Below are positions 1 through 10,200 of a DNA stretch of 37,354 nucleotides, one piece after another. Origin of the DNA: Stramenopiles sp. TOSAG23-6 (taxonomy: Eukaryota); contig LT635940.1 in assembly GCA_900128565.1 (NCBI GenBank), positions 1-37,354 on the forward strand. Reading direction: 5' to 3'. The notes under the pieces are model-generated. The model was not told where the DNA came from and made no database searches. It worked only from the letters and a program-made list of their open reading frames with translations. Each line of letters opens with the position of its first letter. Positions within the stretch are counted from its first letter, which is position 1. Position numbers and translations under genes: made by a program.

Positions 1-1
1 G

Positions 2-1803
2 ATGTCGGTATGGGTGAAGAGTTTTTCAAATATCTTTCTTTCATTGTATTTTCCAGGTAAAATATCAAGAGTTAGATCTGATGGTACTTTTGATATACGA
101 TATGATGATGGTGACTCAGAACAAAGAGTGAAACGATCTCTAATAAAAAAAGAAGAAGATGCTCCAACTGTTGATAAAAGGACGCGTTCGTCACACAGGC
201 ATTCTTCTCACAGCTCGAGTTCATCAGATACTAGTCATGAAAGTAACCATTATACGTCGAAAAAGAAATCACGAAGATCATCTATAAAGACATCTGCATC
301 ATTCTCATCATCTGACTCTTCACCGAGGAAATCAAAAGGTATTAACAAAAGGAAGAAAATATACAGACAAATAACAAGCGATAGATATAATAGAAATAAA
401 TCGTCTGATTCTAACCTTAGTGATCATACTAGTGCTACTTCTAATAGCTCAAATGCAATGAATTCATACTTCGAAAGTGAGTTTTTATTTGGTGATGTCG
501 TGCGTATTTTAAATGAGAAAAGTAGTAAATCAAAAAAGAATGAAAATCGTACAATCTATGGTGAAATTATTCTTGTGCGGTACGTTTTCATTATATTTCG
601 ATACACATTGTAAATATTTCCTTAATAATTATTGTTCTATCATATACAAACTTTTTCTCATGACAAAAACGATTTATATATGTCATTTTCTACAGCGCGG
701 ATGGGACATATGATGTTGAAGTTTTAGTAAATAGTCCTCAAAATAACTCAGATGAACCTAAAATTATTGAAAGACTGAATCGGAGTCAGCTGTCTATGAA
801 ATCACAACAAAGTAACGATGAATGCTCAAATGATGATAATATAAAGAATCGTAAGACAAAAACACATCAATTGAAGAATGCTACGGATTCTGAGAGCCCC
901 GATGTATCAGATGACAGTGAACGCATGAACATTTGGACTCATGTGGAATGCCGTAGCAAAACATACCCCAATGGGCCGTGGTCTTCAGCTCAGATAGTGG
1001 GTAAGAAGTTTCATTCCAAACTTACGAAAAAGTCCAGGAGTCACCACAAGAAGAAAAAAAAGACATCAAGATATAATCAGAGATCGAGTGATAGCGTTAG
1101 TTCTGAGAGTAAGAACAGAGAAAGTGATTCTTCTGCGAATAGTAGTGATAAAGGATCATATGTGTATGATCTATTTTTTGCCGATGGTCATTCAGAGGAA
1201 TCTGTTAGTGCACATAACATTCGCGCTGCTGGTGCCCGTCATGATGATATAAAGGATAATCCTGATGCCCCCCAAAATGCACCAACGTCAAAAATTGCGG
1301 CAAAAATTAGACGGCGAATTAAATATTTATCTGACGATGGTTTTGATTATCGACAACCATTCTTTGAAGCGGACTCTCTTCGTGTGGGAATAATTTCTAG
1401 AAAAGATTTTTTATCAGCTACAAGACAACTTAACTTAAATCTTTCGGACGAGGCTTTATCATTATTAATGGATCGATTTGTTTATGATGCCACAATGCCA
1501 GGATATGTTTGCTACGATTCATTCTTTGCATTCGTTTCTGCACCATTACCCCATGCTTGGTCAATGCCAAAAAAGTTGCAACGTGACAAACCTCTCCAAG
1601 ATTTGACTAAAGAATATCATCATAAAAAACAAAAAAAGAAACACCGCAAAAGTAAAGGCAAACATCGAAATATAAGAACGAGCTCTAAACATTCTTCAAG
1701 GAAAAAAAAAGCATCAAAATTAGACGTACATTTTATTGACCATTCAAATCCATCAGTAGTTGGTTATAAGGATGCAAGATTGGAATGGATAGATCATACA
1801 TAA
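2..1803 (+). CDS. Ser/Lys-rich protein with Tudor-like repeats and a C-terminal EF-hand-like region; probably 5'-partial; exons ~2-579 and 696-1803
   Basis: Tudor-like motifs YFPGKISRVRSDGTFDIRYDDGDSE, ILVRADGTYDV and YVYDLFFADGHSEE, plus an EF-hand-like segment (FFEADSLRVGIISRKDF...GYVCYDSF). Removing GT-AG intron 580-695 joins ORF 2..613 in frame to ORF 796..1803. Confidence 0.7.
580..695 (+). other. Canonical GT-AG spliceosomal intron (116 nt)
   Basis: GTACGT...TTTTCTACAG; splicing gives ...ILVR-ADGTYDVEV in frame. Confidence 0.85.
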
Positions 1804-1861
1804 AACATATTTAATACAGACGAATTTGAAATAGATTATATCTAGTTTAGTAAGATGTATT

Positions 1862-2551
1862 TTATTTAGTCTTGACAAATTTAGCCCAGTTTTCGAATAT
1901 TGGTTCACTGGATGCCAATTGGATACTTAATAATGCTTTTAAATCTATTGTATTATCCTTTACAAACCTAATAAAGTCCTCTTTTTCAATCATTCCATTA
2001 CTGTCTGGATCCATTTCACTAAAAGTTTGAATAACCTTTTCTTGTAATAGTTGCGGATCTGCGTTCGGATTTAACTCAGCTGCAATAGAGAAAATTTCGT
2101 CAGGATCTAGAGCACCATCTTCTGTCCCTCTGTCATATATTTTAAATATTATATCAAGTTTATCGTCAATACTTTTACTTTTCGTAAATTGACAAATAGT
2201 TTCAACGAAATCAATAAAAGTTATATGGTCATCCTCTCGCTTTTGGAAGACTACTAAAGTCTCCAAAGCTCCAGGATTTTTTGAAAAGAAATCAGTTGCC
2301 GCTAAACCTTGGGGTTCGAGATAACCTAAATGATATTCATCGAGAATTTCAAAGCGTGCATGTAGACGCTGCACTTCAGATAAACTTAACTTAAATTTCT
2401 CAGCAATGGAGCCAAGGTCAGCTACACTTAGTTCCACTGGAAGTTTTCCATTGTAGAGTGCGTCTTCTTCGCGTTTTTTCTGACGTTGCGTCAATTCTTT
2501 TGCAGACAAATTTTTACTGACCTTCAATTTAGAAGGAACAAATATAGACAT
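1862..2551 (-). CDS. Calcineurin B-like / NCS-type EF-hand calcium-binding protein
   Basis: 229 aa; EVQRLHARFEILD, ITFIDFV, KLDIIFKIYDRGTEDGALDPDE, QTFSEMDPDSNGMIEKEDF. Confidence 0.85.
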   Translation of the reverse strand: MSIFVPSKLKVSKNLSAKELTQRQKKREEDALYNGKLPVELSVADLGSIAEKFKLSLSEVQRLHARFEILDEYHLGYLEPQGLAATDFFSKNPGALETLVVFQKREDDHITFIDFVETICQFTKSKSIDDKLDIIFKIYDRGTEDGALDPDEIFSIAAELNPNADPQLLQEKVIQTFSEMDPDSNGMIEKEDFIRFVKDNTIDLKALLSIQLASSEPIFENWAKFVKTK

Positions 2552-2894
2552 TATGTCCGATTATTTTGAAAGAACAATCGATCGAGAGAGATGTTGAGAG
2601 ACGTTCTTTCGGTTACTAGTAGGATATTATCGACTTATTGTTTCCTGTGTCTTACTTAGAGGAGGACTTAATTTGCTACCCCCCGAAAACCCGACAGTTT
2701 CATCCTTTTTAAGTAAGCAAGTCATGCTCTAAGTAAGTAAGTCGCTCACTAGTATATCTTTTACGTCAATCTGAGCCAGGATTTCAGACTGATACTTGTT
2801 CCATTGCTATTACAGGCGTACAAACATAGTACAGCGAATGCTCCAGTTAAAAATGCATTTAGTTTTTTGAGAGTGAATTAAAACTAAACTAGCA

Positions 2895-4427
2895 ATGATT
2901 TCAAGAAGTTTTAACGAATTACCGTCACACGGTATGCTCTTGTATCAGTCACACATCAAACCACAACCTGAAACAGTACAGGATCAAGTACAGAAAGAGC
3001 TTCGCAAAGCCCTAGGCGAATCTTTACCTCCAAATAAAGGTGATGCCAGTATACCTTTAGATGTTTTAAATTTATGCTCACGTTTACATCCATATAATTG
3101 GAAAGTTTCAAACCATTCGAAAGAACGTCTTGGAAAGCTTATAAGTCAAAACATATCTTCAGGTGTACGGAGTAGTGGAGATCGATTCCAAAATTGTCCA
3201 GATCCAGTTTTGCCAGGAACATTTATTCAGGGTGAAAATCATAGAAAAGTAGCCAAAATAAGGAAACATTTTTCTGGGATATTTCGTTCCACAGCTCCAG
3301 GTAAATTGAACGAAACGGGAGATACAAAACGCGATAAAGCTGGTAATACATCACCCATGATGCCAGATATTACTAGACCTAATTACACAATGATAAGAAA
3401 CAATATCCATCTCATGCAAACACCAGCAGAACTTGCAGTGCATGTTTTAAATCGACGAAATAAAGCTTTAGCAGCTGCAAAGGCCTCTGAACTTCGTTCA
3501 ATATATCCGGCACCTCACTATATTTACGATATGTCTAATACAATGGAAAATACAATGAAAGAAAGATATTTGAAAAACTCTTCACCCATACCGACATCAA
3601 TTTCAAATAATACACATAAAAAAAAACGGGTTAAGAGTTCTCGCTTGCATTATACTCCAGAGATTCGATTAATAAATAATATACCAAGGAATTTGATGCA
3701 TCGAAACATTTCTACTGCACAGCGTAGATATTCTTACAATATAAAGCATGGAAATAAAAGAAAAAAACAGGGGGGAAATATTCACAAAACAAACTCTTTA
3801 TCTTCATCCAAAGTCGAATCTAAACGTTCGCATTGTGAAGACACGAATTCTAAAAGTTCGGATTCAAATGATGTGAATTCTAATGGTGGGAAAATACACT
3901 TTCGAGTACTAGGAAATACTGGAATCTCACAAAGACAAAGTAAAAATACAAAAACAGGGTTTTTAATAAATCGTAGTAAGCACACAGAGGCTGGTTTTTA
4001 TAAAAAACGGACTAACATTCCTAGATCAAATAATCTTTCTCGCTGGGCATCAACACAACGACAACCATCGAATATTTTTCGCCCTTTATCACAAAGATCG
4101 ATCCGTCCATTCAGTCCTGCACCATGGCATCATGTAGGTTTTCATCATTTCAATTTCATTTGATGTAAACAAAAACTTTGCACCTAACATTTTTTTGTTT
4201 TAAAACATTTTTTTTTCACATTACATGTACGTTTTCAAAATTAATTTCNAANTTAGNTTTTTTTTTCGTACGAAATTTTGTACCTAACAAATTTTGACTA
4301 TACTTTTTTTTTCACATAACATGATACTTCTAGAGGTTATAGTCATCCAGATTTTCCGGATTTTGATTTTCAATTACAAGGAAGTACGAAAGCACTTAAT
4401 GTTTCTGTACATGGACAGCACGAATAA
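2895..4427 (+). CDS. Hypothetical basic protein, ~447 aa after splicing; exons 2895-4133 and 4323-4427
   Basis: The long ORF runs into two tandem repeat elements; removing 4134-4322 continues in frame (PWHH-DTSRGYSHPDF...GQHE*) to TAA at 4425-4427. Confidence 0.7.
4134..4226 (+). mobile_element. Introner-like non-canonical intron, copy 1 (93 nt, GT...AT), diverged
   Basis: cat|GTAGGTTTTCATC...CTTTGCACCTAAC...TTTTTCACATTACAT; homologous to the other copies. Confidence 0.8.
4227..4322 (+). mobile_element. Introner-like non-canonical intron, copy 2 (96 nt, GT...AT), directly abutting copy 1
   Basis: GTACGTTTTC...TTTCGTACGAAATTTTGTACCTAAC...TTTTTCACATAACAT|gat; contains three N bases. Confidence 0.85.
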
Positions 4428-4480
4428 ATTCTAAAACAGTTTAACCAAATAAAAAAATATACATCATATATATATATATA

Positions 4481-6154
4481 TTATTTATTTTTTCCAAGAC
4501 AAACGATCGACATACAACTCAATTCAGGACCATTCTCCCCAATTAATTTATATCGACAACCTCCAGCCACCTTTTGTAATTGTTGATTACTCTTTTGAAA
4601 TTGAGAAAAAGGTGCAGTTACAAGGCGTTTGGAGGCAGAGTGTTGAGTGATTAGTAGCAGCGAACTGTACATATTATTCCTTGACGCAATTGAGTCCAAA
4701 TTTTGCTTCCATTTCGGATCACTTGAAGTACAAAATGTAAATCGATTCTCATTTCTTTGTAATACATTTGGCAAAGCTACACCAACAATAGTGCACCAGT
4801 GACTACGCCGTCCTTTGTTCAACACAGGCAAACATGATCCCGGTTCTGAATCATATGGTAAAAGAATCAGATTACCTTTTGTTATATTGGATATAATGCG
4901 TATAGGAGATATATTTTTCCATACTTGTGTTTGGACAATTTCAGATCGAAATGATGCAATATGTGCAAGATGGGCGGCGTTGAACATTTCTCCATCCATA
5001 GTATAACCAAATCGTATTCCTTTTGATAACACATTCTCATTTTCACCTTTTTCATTTTGTACAAATGTTTGAACTAGTGTTTCCTCTATATTACCAAGTA
5101 GTACAGAAGATTTGCTCAAAGACATGTCTTGAGGACTCACACTACATTGACTACTACACATTTTGTCATCGTTTTTTGTCATCACACTATTCGTTTTTGC
5201 CACCGAACCATTGGATTTTGAAATTGAAGTTGTGTACTGGGCGATATCTTCTATAACTCCCCAAATACCAATGGTGGCAGCTTCCCCATTCGTTTGAAAA
5301 TAACTTTGCCTCAATAATGATAATCTATAAAAATTTTCTACTGCAGAAATAGCACAAAATCCACACGTCGGTCCCATTTGATTATGATGGGGAGGAAGAC
5401 ATGTTATAATTCGCCAAGCTATTGGAGGAGGACACTTGAGAGTAGAACAATTTTTCACAAAAAAATTTATCCCAGAACAGATATCATCAATTATTTCTTG
5501 AAATGTTCGTTTTGTTGGCTGTTTTCTTTGGAAAACATGAGAAATACGCCGTTGTAGCCACACTTTCTCATCTCCAGTTTTCCCTGTATCATCAACAGAG
5601 AAAGTCAAATTATTTGACTTAGTGTATTTTCTTGACTTACTCTGAAGCATTGTTTGAAGTACCGCAAGGCCACTACTTTCACTATCTGGCTCTTTTGAAC
5701 GACGAAGAAAACGGAAAACTTTTTTTTTCGTAGTAAAAGAACTACTCTCTTCATAGCCACATGATTTGTAAAATCCATTTGCCAGTTTTGGTGAAGTACA
5801 AAGGCAAAGATGAGTCATACCTAACCTCTTTGCAACTACTTCTGCCTGAGAAAGTAGATAACGACCGATACCACGACGACGCCAATTGTTGTGTACAATT
5901 ACATTTGATAAAATTCCTTTTGCGCCTGAAATTTCACCTGCTCCATGTTTCAACCGAATATATCCAATGACAATGTTCTCAGGTGATACAAGAACATAAT
6001 GTCTACTTGATTTCACAGATTTCTGTAAACTTGATGTCCACGAAGAATGCGTCGGAGGCTGTTTCCATTGCTGAGCGAGAAGAGTTGCACAAGACGAAAT
6101 AAGAGGAAGGGTTAGCGGAAGAAATGAGAATTCCGACTCTATTCTCTTTGTCAT
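4481..6154 (-). CDS. Fusion of an NAA80-like GNAT N-acetyltransferase and an ACTMAP (C19orf54/UPF0692)-like cysteine protease
   Basis: N-terminal part: LISSCATLLAQQW, VIGYIRL, LSNVIVHNNWRRRGIGRYLL (acetyl-CoA motif A), FYKSCGY. C-terminal part: NQMGPTCGFCAI, GYTMDGEMF, LLPYDSEP, PVLNKGRRSHWC. One uninterrupted ORF; first ATG at 6154. Confidence 0.8.
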   Translation of the reverse strand: MTKRIESEFSFLPLTLPLISSCATLLAQQWKQPPTHSSWTSSLQKSVKSSRHYVLVSPENIVIGYIRLKHGAGEISGAKGILSNVIVHNNWRRRGIGRYLLSQAEVVAKRLGMTHLCLCTSPKLANGFYKSCGYEESSSFTTKKKVFRFLRRSKEPDSESSGLAVLQTMLQSKSRKYTKSNNLTFSVDDTGKTGDEKVWLQRRISHVFQRKQPTKRTFQEIIDDICSGINFFVKNCSTLKCPPPIAWRIITCLPPHHNQMGPTCGFCAISAVENFYRLSLLRQSYFQTNGEAATIGIWGVIEDIAQYTTSISKSNGSVAKTNSVMTKNDDKMCSSQCSVSPQDMSLSKSSVLLGNIEETLVQTFVQNEKGENENVLSKGIRFGYTMDGEMFNAAHLAHIASFRSEIVQTQVWKNISPIRIISNITKGNLILLPYDSEPGSCLPVLNKGRRSHWCTIVGVALPNVLQRNENRFTFCTSSDPKWKQNLDSIASRNNMYSSLLLITQHSASKRLVTAPFSQFQKSNQQLQKVAGGCRYKLIGENGPELSCMSIVCLGKNK

Positions 6155-6333
6155 CGTTTGGACTTTGAAAACACGTAAGTGAATGAAATTCAATGAATGA
6201 TTCAGAATGAATGAATTCAATCTTCAACGAAAATCATGACAGAAAGATTGAATTTGACAGAATCGTAAAAATGACAGCATTCATTCACAACATAAATATA
6301 ATAGAACACAAAGTAAAAACACAAAGAAACAAC

Positions 6334-7092
6334 ATGAATAAAATATGCCAAACTCATTTTGTTAGAAAGGGAAACCGGGTGATTCCCCCTTTCCCAGCGG
6401 GATTTAGAAGGCTCGTCGTTGGCACGGGTTGTTTCTGGGGAAGTGAGAAGGGTTTTTGGCGATTGCCAGGAGTGTATAGTACTTCTGTTGGTTATGCTGC
6501 TGGATTAACTCGAGATCCCACCTATGAACAAGTTTGTAGTGGAAAAACCGGACATAACGAAGTTGTTCAAGTAATATATGACCCGAATGTAATTGCTACA
6601 TGGGACTTGATGCGTTTCTTTTGGGAATCGCATGATCCCACTCAAGGAATGGGTCAAGGAAATGACCGAGGAACGCAATATCGTAGTGGTATATATTGCA
6701 CGTCTCATGACCAAAAAGTTGTGGCAGAAGCTTCGAGGAATTCATATCAAAAACTTATCGGATCGAAGAAGCAAATTACAACTGAAATTCTTATGATGGA
6801 TGAAAAGAATCCAAATAACTCTAATGTCGATTGCAAGTTCTATTTTGCTGAAGATTACCATCAACAATATTTGGCAAAACCAGGGGCACGGCCATATTGC
6901 TCAGCGCAACCTCTCGGTATTAGCTTACAAAGTGAAGAAGGTACATCATTCTTTCAAGGGAAAATTGGCATGGAATTAACCAAGAGAGGTGAAGGGCCAC
7001 CAAAGCTATCGGAAAGTTTCTGGGATTTACACGCTCCAAAGCCAGGTTGTTCTGTTGTGAGTGCGTCAAATAAACCGATACTATTTCTATGA
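6334..7092 (+). CDS. msrA: Peptide methionine sulfoxide reductase A (start uncertain: 6211, 6271 or 6334)
   Basis: GTGCFWGSE active site, PTYEQVCSGKTGHNEVVQV, HDPTQGMGQGNDRGTQYRSGIY, FYFAEDYHQQYL. Confidence 0.95.
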   Translation: MNKICQTHFVRKGNRVIPPFPAGFRRLVVGTGCFWGSEKGFWRLPGVYSTSVGYAAGLTRDPTYEQVCSGKTGHNEVVQVIYDPNVIATWDLMRFFWESHDPTQGMGQGNDRGTQYRSGIYCTSHDQKVVAEASRNSYQKLIGSKKQITTEILMMDEKNPNNSNVDCKFYFAEDYHQQYLAKPGARPYCSAQPLGISLQSEEGTSFFQGKIGMELTKRGEGPPKLSESFWDLHAPKPGCSVVSASNKPILFL

Positions 7093-7289
7093 TGTTGTAT
7101 AGTGAAATAAAAAAATATATATTATATGTAACACCACACATAGAAGTACTTTATTTTAAACTTATTATAAATGTCACTTAAAATTCCCTCTCATAAACTT
7201 CTTTCGTAAACACAAAAATGGCATACTTTCTCCATACAAGGGAACCAGAGAACAGGAGTTCAAAATATGCAGTAGTTTCATAAACTTTC

Positions 7290-10200
7290 TTAGGAAAATC
7301 GACTTTGTTCTTTTCGCATCACTTGCTCGATTGTCATTGTACCATTGATCTGAGAACCTGCAGCTACTTGCCACGCCTGTCGCTTGGCCTCTTCCGCTTG
7401 TTCAGTTTCACGTTTCGATGGGCATTTGAATAAGCCAAAGACCGACGGTCTGATGACAATGCGACAGAGAATTCCCCATACAAGTTGCCCTCCACCGATA
7501 CCAAACACAATTAACCAATTCGTCAAAGATAAACCTACAGTTTTCATAACAATTCCACCAAATTGAGTCATAAAAACTTGTACAACAAAAGTACCAACCC
7601 AAATAATACAGAATATTGGATTTTGAGTAATATATTTGAATACATTAACTTCATCCTGAAGCATCCTAGAATTAATTTCATTGAAAATCTGCATGAAAAC
7701 AAAGACAGTAAAAATCATAGAATAATGTACGGTAATGACACCTTTGTCGCCTTCCGCTCCGTTATCATCAATTCCCAGTGATTTTGGAGCAAAAAGAAAA
7801 ATTAACAACCACACAATTTGGTAAAGCGCTGAAGTACAAATAAATCTTCGAATACGAGTTGTTATTAATGGTTTGTCAGAACCAATTGGTTTGCGTTTCA
7901 GAAGTTCATCTTGTGGTGGCTCTGTCGCGAGGGCAAGTGAAGCAAATGAATCCATAATCATATTGACCCATAAAAGTTGTACAGCCGTAAGGGGAGATAC
8001 CCCTTCAGAGACAGCTCCAATGAAAGCAATACCAATAGCGGTGACATTTACAGTGAGTTGAAACTGGAGAAACTTCGAAATACTATCGTAAATATTTCTT
8101 CCCCATTTTACTGCCTGTACGATAGATGTAAAATTGTCATCCATGAGGACAATTTTTGAAGCAGCCTTGGCAACTTCAGTACCAGCAATACCCATTGCAA
8201 ATCCAACATCAGCCTTTGCGAGGGCAGGAGCGTCATTTGTTCCATCTCCGGTGACAGCAACAACTTCCTTGTATCGGCCAAATCCAGGTTTGTTATAATA
8301 TGGATTAATTGTACCATCTTCACGTGTTGGGCCCATTCTCTTTTTAAGATATAACTTTGATTCCATCATACCACGCACAAGAATATATTTATCTCGTGGT
8401 GCACATCGAGCCACCACACGTAACTGTGGCCATAGCTTGTCTAAGACACGCCTGTTAATATCGTTACCATCTTGCTCTGGCTCTTCAAGAGTTACCATTT
8501 CACGGAATAATTGGCCTTCCATACCTACAATTGGTCCATTTAAGACCTTTCGCTGGGGTTCTCCAAAATGTTGTGACATGGATGGTCCGAGTTCTTCTCC
8601 TTCAACGACAACCTTACTTGCTACTCCACTCTTCAACTTTGCATCCATCATATACGTTTCCGAAGGAATCAGGCAACACTTGATAGCAATTGCCCTAGCT
8701 GTACGGATGTTATCACCAGTGCACATACGTACCGTGATTCCAGCGCGTTTACAAACACGAATGGCTTCTGGTACTTCTGGGCGAACTGGATCACGAATAC
8801 CAAAAATTCCAACAAGAGTCAAATCCTTGACAACGTCTTCATCACCACATGAAAGTGAGTTTTCTTCGCCATCTTGATTTTTTTCTTCCATCGCTTTTTG
8901 ACGCTCCGTTTCAGCAGCCCACTGACTTGGTGTCTTACTCATATCACGAAACGCAACTCCAATGGTTCGCAATGCTTCATCGGCCATTGAACCGAGTTGG
9001 GCAGTGATTTTAGCACGCAATGCGTCATCAATATTTGATGTAGTACCATCAGCATTCATTACCTTAGTACAGTATTGTAAAATCTTTTCAGAAGCTCCTT
9101 TGGAGTACACACGAGATCCTGGTGTATCATCACTTTTGACAACAATCGTCATTCGTTTGAACTTTGAATTAAATGGAAATAATTTACAACCTGCTGGCCA
9201 ATTATATGCTGCTGGGTTACGAACGCGTTTTTTGAGTTCAGAAAATGGCTTATCAATACTTTTAACGTCTAGCTCGATTGCGCACTGAAGTAATGCACAT
9301 TCAGTTGCATTACCCATGCGTTCAAACCCAGATGTAAATTTTGGATCGTTTGTTTTTTTTACATCTGTTTGCTGCTGCGTATTGAGAATCAACGCATTAA
9401 GCATTGTTGTCGTCAGTTGCTGATTGAGCCCATTTTTTGATTGGACACTGTCCTTTAAATCTCTCATTTTCATACGAGTTCCGCCTACATAAACATCTGT
9501 AACAGTCATAATATTTTGAGTTAGAGTACCGGTTTTATCAGAACAAATCGCTGTTGCATTACCCATTGTTTCACAAGAGTTTAAGTTTCGTACAAAACAA
9601 TTATTTGGAGGTTTACTCATCATTCGTGAAGAGTATACTAATGCAAGTACAACAGCAAGCGGCAAACCTTCAGGTACTGCAACAACAAGAATGGTTATAC
9701 CAGTAATGAAGTATTCAAGTATATGTTTGAAATCAGATTCGGCAAATAAATCTCCTGGGCATGTATATCCCATCAAATTTTTAAAGTCCGATGCAGACAT
9801 CCATCGGTAATAAACCATTTCAGGTCCATATAACGATTTTGTTCCATCTTTTACATCGACATTTTTCCAAGCAACACCACAGCAATCATCAAAACCAGAG
9901 GTAGCTGCTGTAAAATGAGCTTTCGCATTGCATGCAGGAAGATTTTTTGATTCTTTCTTCCCATGTTCTTTGTATGTGATGGTTTCACCATTCGCATCTT
10001 TACATACAGTACCTTCAGCATTGCAAGTATACTTGGTTTTACTTCTGTCACAGAAACACATCTCTTCAGTAAAAAAACCTCGTTTTGCTCCAACACCATA
10101 TTTCTTTGAGCCAGGCACATTAGGATTTGTAATTAATTTATGACCATCTGGTTCGGTATTCATTGCATAACTTTCAATACTGAAGCGAGTGATCATTATA

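Noticed and set aside
8-57. Possible short GT-AG intron at the window start
   Set aside because: The supposed acceptor region encodes YFPGKI, which fits the Tudor-like motif, and there is no upstream context to decide.
5818-5825. Isolated TACCTAAC matching the element core
   Set aside because: No flanking element sequence, and it lies antisense within continuous GNAT coding sequence.
4481-7092. Functional link between MsrA and the divergent actin-maturation fusion gene
   Set aside because: Head-to-head pairs are common in this compact window, and MICAL-oxidised actin Met is reduced by MsrB, not MsrA.
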